From a virus (Duplodnaviria; Caudoviricetes), in the IMG/VR virus record IMGVR_UViG_3300030060_002561, positions 18,726-82,725 of that record: DNA of 64,000 nucleotides; one strand, written 5' to 3'. Numbering within the stretch: the first letter of the stretch is position 1; each line of letters starts with the position of its first letter. Of the stretch, positions 58,141-64,000 are shown piece by piece. Both the position numbers and the translations under genes were made by a program. The notes beneath the pieces are model-generated. The model did not search any database, was not told where the DNA came from, and was given only the letters and a program-made list of their open reading frames with translations.

Positions 58141-58656
58141 ATGAATATATTTTGTACAGATAAGTCGCCAGTTGTTTCAGCAAACAACGTAATCGACAAG
58201 CACGTAGTAAAGATGCCTTTGGAAAGTTTGCAGATGATGTCAACCATTGCTGACCACTTAGGTTTTGATAGTCCTTACAGGCCAGTAATGTTGAATCATC
58301 CTTGCACTATATGGGCAAGAGAAAGCAAGCAGAACTTCCTGTGGCTATGGGAACACGCAGGTTCCCTTTGTGAAGAGTATACCTCTAGGTATGGTAAGAC
58401 TCACAAGTGCGAACTAACAATGAATGACTACAACCACATTTGGATGGATGTAGTCGAAGCACTACCAGACATAGGATTGACTCCCTTTGCCATTGCTATT
58501 TCAGAGAACATGAAATGCAGACAGATTAAGGGATTCGATGATATGTCTGAGATAGATAAATACAGACAATACTACATCCAAGACAAAGCAAGGATTGCTT
58601 CTTGGAAGAAGAACAAACCTTGGTGGTATACATCATGGTACGGGGTGAATGCATAA
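58141..58656 (+). CDS. Pyrimidine-dimer DNA glycosylase (DenV-like family)
   Basis: MNIF..D.SP..SA...DKHVVKMPLES.QM...HPCTIW...YRQYY. Confidence 0.7.
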   Translation: MNIFCTDKSPVVSANNVIDKHVVKMPLESLQMMSTIADHLGFDSPYRPVMLNHPCTIWARESKQNFLWLWEHAGSLCEEYTSRYGKTHKCELTMNDYNHIWMDVVEALPDIGLTPFAIAISENMKCRQIKGFDDMSEIDKYRQYYIQDKARIASWKKNKPWWYTSWYGVNA

Positions 58657-59573
58657 TGTTGTGGACAGAGAAATACAGACCAGATAGATTGAGCAAGATA
58701 GTTGGACAACCGGGGTTCGTCATGGATGCTGAGAGATGGGTGAAGAATCCAGATGACATGATGAACATCTTGTTGTATGGTGTAGCAGGTGTAGGTAAGA
58801 CTGCGGCGGCTACTGCTTTATCCAATGAGATACTAGGTGAATTCAAGTCTGGTAACTTCTTTGAGATTAACGCATCAGACGACAGAAGGTTAGATACGGT
58901 TAGAAACAAAATCAAGGAGATTGCTTCTACCCAAGTCATCGGTGATGCACCATTCAAGATTATCCTATTGGATGAGATGGATGGTATGACCAAGGATTCG
59001 CAGAATGCTCTCAAGAGAATCATGGAGAGGTATGCTGATAATTGCAGATTCATCATGACTGCCAATGAGAAGTTCAGGATTATCTATCCACTACAATCTA
59101 GATGTGCAAACTATGGCTTCGGCAGGATTAGTGATGACCACATCATGGATGTTCTATGTGACATTCTTGACCAAGAAGGACACAAGAATCGGTACACCAT
59201 AGAGGACTTGACAACTTTTATTAGTCACTTACATGGTGATTTGAGAAGGGGGATAGGCGAGTTACAGGCATCTGTAAATAGTGATTCGACACTCTCAAGC
59301 CAGATAGACAAATCCCTTCAACCATATACAACACTAGTATCTAATCTAAATTCTAATGACTATGACAATTCTATATCGGGTGTGCATAAATTGATTCAAG
59401 ACTCTGCGACAATGAAGGAGATTTGCATTAATCTCCATGATGTTGTTATTAAGTCTGATATGGATTCCGATAGAAAATTCAAAATGTTGAGGGTCATCGG
59501 AGAGGCAGAATGGAGAAGCAGTAATATGACTCCAAAGGTTCTGGCTTCTTGGATGATAGGACAGTTGATTTAA
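58656..59573 (+). CDS. rfcS: Replication factor C small subunit
   Basis: WTEKYRP, GVAGVGKT, EINASDDR, LDEMD, LQSRC and GDLR; start reassigned to ATG 58656. Confidence 0.93.
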   Translation: MLWTEKYRPDRLSKIVGQPGFVMDAERWVKNPDDMMNILLYGVAGVGKTAAATALSNEILGEFKSGNFFEINASDDRRLDTVRNKIKEIASTQVIGDAPFKIILLDEMDGMTKDSQNALKRIMERYADNCRFIMTANEKFRIIYPLQSRCANYGFGRISDDHIMDVLCDILDQEGHKNRYTIEDLTTFISHLHGDLRRGIGELQASVNSDSTLSSQIDKSLQPYTTLVSNLNSNDYDNSISGVHKLIQDSATMKEICINLHDVVIKSDMDSDRKFKMLRVIGEAEWRSSNMTPKVLASWMIGQLI

Positions 59574-59664
59574 TGGATGGTTTGACGGTTCTATTGATAT
59601 TTGTTGTATGGAGATTTATTTACAAACTAATGGATAATGGGCCGAGAGGAAGATGGTAATATGA

Positions 59665-59916
59665 ATGGTGATAATAATGGTAAAGAAAATATTAGATTTG
59701 AATGAAGACGGCGAAGTTAACTTTGACGACTTCAAACATCTCATGCTAAGGTATGAGATAATACTAGTTGGGGGGTTACTCCTAACTATACTTCCCTTGC
59801 TAAAACTAGCAGGGGTATTAACATTAGATTCCGATTGGTTTTGGATATTGGCCGGAGTGGTCATAAGTGCCGAAGCCGTATTGGAAATTCTAAAAACAAA
59901 AAAAGAAAAAAAATAG
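59665..59916 (+). CDS. EF-hand-loop membrane protein
   Basis: DLNEDGEVNFDD loop followed by two hydrophobic segments and a Lys-rich tail. Confidence 0.6.
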   Translation: MVIIMVKKILDLNEDGEVNFDDFKHLMLRYEIILVGGLLLTILPLLKLAGVLTLDSDWFWILAGVVISAEAVLEILKTKKEKK

Positions 59917-61236
59917 GTGAAAAAAATGGAAATAAGTAAAAAAATGGAAACAGAAATAGGAAATGCCGCGAAGCATCTAGGAATGGATGAAGAAGAAGCA
60001 TTGGAGAAGTTTACGTCAATCTGTGAAAAGAATAACGTAGACCCCTCCGAGAATGAGCAGTTGGCTCTGTCGTTATGGCGACAGTATTTCGTCAACTTGA
60101 GGTCAATGCAAGCAAAACCTGCACCTGCCGGAAAAAGTAACTCCGGTGGAAGCAATGCGTTTTACAAGCAAGCATCTGGCTTCTTTGCAACTGCTGATGA
60201 CCCGTTTGATATGATGGCGATTCAGAGAGACAAAGCAGTTGCTGAGTACGAGAGAGATGGTAGTAATGCCTACAACACAGGTATTGTTGCTATCGCTACT
60301 GCTACGTCTGACGGAACGTATGATGTGAAGCAGACATACCGAGGTAAGGAAGTAGAGAAGAACCTACCACACCTACCTGAGAACCACGTTGAGGTAAGTG
60401 AGGGAACCTTTGTGATTCCCCTAGACACACTTGACCAAGACTGGAACAAGGCTCGGTATGGGAAACCTCTACCAAAGGAGGAATGGAGAATGCAAGGTGT
60501 ATTCTTCGGAATGGTAGACGGTAAGATGGGTAAGTGGTTCTTCCACTACCGAGGTCCATCTGCTGAAGAGTTCACACCAGATACCTTCAGGCTTCTGCAC
60601 TTCTCCTGTGTCTTGAATAGCAACGACCCAAGCAAGATACATGGTGCTAAGGCAACGACCCTAGGTTCAATGGAGTATGATGATGACCTAAGTACCGACC
60701 ATGAGTTGAAGATGGACTTTGATGATGAGGATGTGAGTGAATTCCAAGATGCACTCATGGAGCATTCGTCTGCTAACTACAGTCCTCTAATCGACCTTGA
60801 AGCGTACCACGCTACTGTCGAAGAGAAGGCTTACACAGATAGGTTCGTCTTCACTGATGGTACTGTGAATAGCATCAACATGAATGTATCAGAGAAGACT
60901 GGAAACAGGATAATCAACCTAGATGACATCACTACCTTCGGAGCAGGTGACTTCGACTATGGTGGGGAGCAACAGTCGCTAGGTGTGACATGTTGGATTC
61001 CAGAGAAGATACCAATCAACTTCGGTATCGGTTCTGAGGTCGTAGTAGTAGGAAGGACAACCCAAGGTACAGACCAAGAGACTGGTGAGTTAAGACCAGT
61101 ATCAATCAATGTACTAGGTCTACTACCTACCAGTATCACAGGCTCGGTTCCAGATGCAATCACTAGCGATGGTGATGATGATGACTGGATTCTACCCGAT
61201 GCTGATGACCTAGGCTTTAGTGAGGGAGACAAGTGA
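59917..61236 (+). CDS. RPA/SSB-like OB-fold protein
   Basis: C-terminal OB-like segment (FTDGTV...LDD...CW...FGIGSEVVVVG...INVLG) and an acidic tail, in a replication context. Confidence 0.55.
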   Translation: MKKMEISKKMETEIGNAAKHLGMDEEEALEKFTSICEKNNVDPSENEQLALSLWRQYFVNLRSMQAKPAPAGKSNSGGSNAFYKQASGFFATADDPFDMMAIQRDKAVAEYERDGSNAYNTGIVAIATATSDGTYDVKQTYRGKEVEKNLPHLPENHVEVSEGTFVIPLDTLDQDWNKARYGKPLPKEEWRMQGVFFGMVDGKMGKWFFHYRGPSAEEFTPDTFRLLHFSCVLNSNDPSKIHGAKATTLGSMEYDDDLSTDHELKMDFDDEDVSEFQDALMEHSSANYSPLIDLEAYHATVEEKAYTDRFVFTDGTVNSINMNVSEKTGNRIINLDDITTFGAGDFDYGGEQQSLGVTCWIPEKIPINFGIGSEVVVVGRTTQGTDQETGELRPVSINVLGLLPTSITGSVPDAITSDGDDDDWILPDADDLGFSEGDK

Positions 61237-61529
61237 GTAAGGGATATTATCCCTCATTCACAATCTCATCAATGGGAAGCGGTGACCACGTAATTCATGG
61301 GGGCAGTTATTCTGTCCCTGTGAACCACGTTGACTTCACTACTTGGAAGAAGAACCACGAAACTGGTGAGTTCTGGGTTAAACTCCATACCATGTCTGGT
61401 AAGGAGATAAGGCTCAGAGTGTCCTATGAAGGACTAAATCAAATCCTAAAGATAACAGGAAATGACAACGTACAATATGAAAATGGTGATAATGATGGCA
61501 TGGAATACAACGAACAAGAAAGAAGATAG
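61233..61529 (+). CDS. Hypothetical protein
   Basis: 98 aa with a GTGA overlap. Confidence 0.5.
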   Translation: MSKGYYPSFTISSMGSGDHVIHGGSYSVPVNHVDFTTWKKNHETGEFWVKLHTMSGKEIRLRVSYEGLNQILKITGNDNVQYENGDNDGMEYNEQERR

Positions 61530-62373
61530 GATATCCTATGAAGAACGAAGAGAAGCGATAAGGCAACAGAGACTTGCCAGACAAAGAAGAGACAATGAGT
61601 TTCTTCTCTGTGCAGTCCTTGGACATCCCAAGACTACCAAGACAGGTATCGTTCTAGATTGCAGAAGCGAACAGGAGAAGAAAGATGGGTACACGGTTCG
61701 TGTACTTGACTTCGATGACGGTGCTTTGGCTACATGGGATTCTGCTCATGATAGAGATGAAGGAATAGACATCTACGTTCCTAATGTTCTGAGAACAGAT
61801 GGAACGTATGATTGGAATGAAACCTTTGAGAATGCTCTAGCATGGCTAGATGAAACCAAGGAAGAGATTGAGAAAGGTAAGGTAAAGGCAGTTGCGATAG
61901 ATGGTATGGATAAGGTGTACGATGGTTCTGGAGACATAATGCGAGAAGCATTGGTGAACATGAACCAAGACAGACAGGACATCATTAGAGATACAATCAA
62001 TCTGACTGTGAAACCTTTCCAATGGAAGGTAAGGAATGATATCTACAAGAGAATACAAGATACGTTCATGAACCTAGATACACATAGGTTCATCATCACA
62101 CACCTGAAGCCTATCTATGGTAGTGCCAACCTAAGCGAAGGCCCAACACATTGGGAAGCAGATTGGCACAAGAACACACCACAGAGAATGCTACAGACTG
62201 TATGGTGCGAGAAGGTAACTCTTGGAAACGATGTGTCCTACAAGGCTATCTTGAGAGATTGCAAGACCAATCCTTCAGCAGTTGGTAAGACTTGGGAAAC
62301 CTTCAAGGTAAACTCTGGGGAGAAGGAAAACGAATGGTTCGGGTTCCCTCCGTTTGTGGAAGGTAGGTTCTGA
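61462..62373 (+). CDS. RecA/Sak4-like P-loop ATPase
   Basis: Variant Walker A GHPKTTKT, LDFDDG, Walker B AVAIDG and IITH, located between the SSB-like and Cas4-like genes. Confidence 0.6.
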   Translation: MTTYNMKMVIMMAWNTTNKKEDRISYEERREAIRQQRLARQRRDNEFLLCAVLGHPKTTKTGIVLDCRSEQEKKDGYTVRVLDFDDGALATWDSAHDRDEGIDIYVPNVLRTDGTYDWNETFENALAWLDETKEEIEKGKVKAVAIDGMDKVYDGSGDIMREALVNMNQDRQDIIRDTINLTVKPFQWKVRNDIYKRIQDTFMNLDTHRFIITHLKPIYGSANLSEGPTHWEADWHKNTPQRMLQTVWCEKVTLGNDVSYKAILRDCKTNPSAVGKTWETFKVNSGEKENEWFGFPPFVEGRF

Positions 62374-62552
62374 TGTCAGTCAAGAGATATCATTACGAAA
62401 CGGATGAGGAATACTACAAGGCCAAGGACAAGGAAGCCAATGACTTAGTTATGTGGATGCACAACTTCCACATCAAAAGAGAGGGTTTCTGGAAGACTGC
62501 ATGTTGGATTTCTATATTGGTGAATGTCATACTGCTCTACGAGGTGCTTTAG

Positions 62553-62816
62553 ATGAAGTATGGAAGGGCAGACCCAACAGGTGCTAAGGTAATCATAGGT
62601 CTTTCAAAAAGTAAGTTGGCTGAATTCAGACATCGAGAAGTGTTTACTTGTGCGTTGTGCGATGAACCTGCTACCTTCTACGTTGAAGATACGCCTGTAG
62701 GTATCAGAGGTTTCTGCACAGAGAAGCACTATGCTGAGTATATGGGTCTGCCCTTCGTAACAGAAGGGTGGTATGGAATGAAGAACAAGAATCCCATAGG
62801 AGAGTTGAAAGAATGA
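62553..62816 (+). CDS. Small zinc-binding protein
   Basis: CALC...FCTEKH. Confidence 0.5.
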   Translation: MKYGRADPTGAKVIIGLSKSKLAEFRHREVFTCALCDEPATFYVEDTPVGIRGFCTEKHYAEYMGLPFVTEGWYGMKNKNPIGELKE

Positions 62817-63679
62817 TGAGAGAATTTACATATGATTGGAAGGTAGATGAGTATCCAGATGGACCTATATTAAAGATAACAAAATCTTCGCAAGGCTCAT
62901 ACAACTGGTGTCCACAGAAATATCACTTCAACTATCGAGAGAGACTGCCACAGGATACTACTGAGGCCATGACCAAAGGGACTATCATACACAATGCCAG
63001 AGAGGATTACTTCAACATTTACGACTTGAAGAAGGCAGAGAGTATGGAGACACTAGAGGAATTGATAGCATACAACTACAGTCTCTATCCGATAGATGAC
63101 TACACAGATGTCTACTATTCGATGGCATGTTTCGATGCTAATCGTTTGATGGATGCTAAGGATGAAGGTAGCACAGATGATTTCCTACCAGTCCTAAATG
63201 AAGTGAAGTTGGATGCAGAGTTTCTAGTTAGGGCTAATGCCTTTGACCACGTTGAGTTAAGAAGAAACTATCTGGTTCACCTGCAAGGTATAATTGACAG
63301 GTTGTATTTCAGCGAGGGTGGCTATATACCCATGGAGTTGAAGACAGGTGCATGGGGCAAACACAAGGCTACAGGTATGAGAAAGGAAATGGCATTCTAC
63401 AAGTTGTTATTCGATGAATCAAGTGATGCCCACCTTAGAGAGAATGGTATCGACCCACAATATGAGATGACCCATTGGGGTTGGTACTTCCCTGTAGCGA
63501 ACCACATTCAAGTGGAGAAGGTGAAGAAGATTAGCGAGAGTGCTATGTTGAAGGGCATTGCCAACTTGCTACATGCTTACGAGAACAATGACTTTGAAGG
63601 TAAGTACAACGAAAGGTCTTGTGCTAGTTGCAGTTATTTCAGCATATGTCCTACTGCTAGTATGGCGGGATGGGTATGA
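62813..63679 (+). CDS. Cas4-like PD-(D/E)xK exonuclease
   Basis: WCPQKY, GTIIH, GIIDRL, ELKTG and the C-terminal CASCSYFSIC (four-Cys Fe-S pattern). Start probably 62813. Confidence 0.85.
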   Translation: MMREFTYDWKVDEYPDGPILKITKSSQGSYNWCPQKYHFNYRERLPQDTTEAMTKGTIIHNAREDYFNIYDLKKAESMETLEELIAYNYSLYPIDDYTDVYYSMACFDANRLMDAKDEGSTDDFLPVLNEVKLDAEFLVRANAFDHVELRRNYLVHLQGIIDRLYFSEGGYIPMELKTGAWGKHKATGMRKEMAFYKLLFDESSDAHLRENGIDPQYEMTHWGWYFPVANHIQVEKVKKISESAMLKGIANLLHAYENNDFEGKYNERSCASCSYFSICPTASMAGWV

Positions 63680-63957
63680 GTGAGGAAGTTATACAGTGCG
63701 TTCTTTGCAAGAAGGACATAGAACACAGAAGCCATAATGGTAAGGTGTATTGGACACATGGAAACAATGCTCAACCTGTTGCTGATGGTAGGTGTTGTGA
63801 TGCATGTGACTGTTTGATAGTCATACCCTACAGAATGGCAAGCATGTTCGGAGATGTGAAGTTTGAGACATCTCTACGGTCTGTGATAGAGTTCGGCAAG
63901 TTTGAGTTAGAACAACGACTTGAAAGATATGAGGCGATGAATCATGGGGAAGAATAG
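63670..63957 (+). CDS. Small Cys-rich hypothetical protein
   Basis: CVLC...GNNAQPV..GRCCDAC. Confidence 0.55.
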   Translation: MGMSEEVIQCVLCKKDIEHRSHNGKVYWTHGNNAQPVADGRCCDACDCLIVIPYRMASMFGDVKFETSLRSVIEFGKFELEQRLERYEAMNHGEE

Positions 63958-64000
63958 ACACGCAGTTGAATGTACGGTTTGCCATGAGAACCTGTGCTAT

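Noticed and set aside
41933-62904. Minus-strand ORFs in the right arm
   Set aside because: They are antisense to well-supported plus-strand genes.
62813-63679. Cas4-like gene as evidence of a CRISPR-Cas system
   Set aside because: No cas1, cas2 or array is present, and stand-alone Cas4-like nucleases are common in archaeal viruses.

Overview
This 64-kb window is part of a tailed dsDNA virus genome (Caudoviricetes, siphovirus-like tail module) with an archaeal host. The host evidence is GGTGA-type ribosome-binding sites, a TFB homolog, RFC clamp-loader subunits, archaeal-type ATP-dependent ligases and an LAGC lipobox. The gene content resembles magroviruses of Marine Group II/Poseidoniales, which is an inference not confirmed by any search. 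The left arm (1-36.3 kb, minus strand) is the virion module: terminase, LAGLIDADG protein, portal, a ligase, prohead protease/scaffold, HK97-type capsid, neck, tail tube, tail chaperone with a -1 frameshift site, and tape measure. A central region (36.4-41.6 kb) has small genes, six palindromic repeats, hairpins and an origin-like nested inverted repeat. The right arm (41.6-64 kb, plus strand) holds replication and metabolism genes: SF1 helicase, class II RNR, TFB, a second ligase, RFC, RPA-like protein, an ATPase and a Cas4-like nuclease. Three signals stand out. (1) An Arf-like small GTPase sits directly next to an ArfGAP-like zinc-finger protein and small membrane proteins, inside the virion operon. 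(2) A dispersed ubiquitin-like conjugation set is present: a Ubl ending GG-IR, an E1, an E2-like domain and a JAMM protease. (3) A W-x-x-[ILV]-[LI]-[KR] tag is shared by about a dozen unrelated head-module proteins and may be a capsid-targeting signal. All calls come from reading motifs by eye; no database searches were run.
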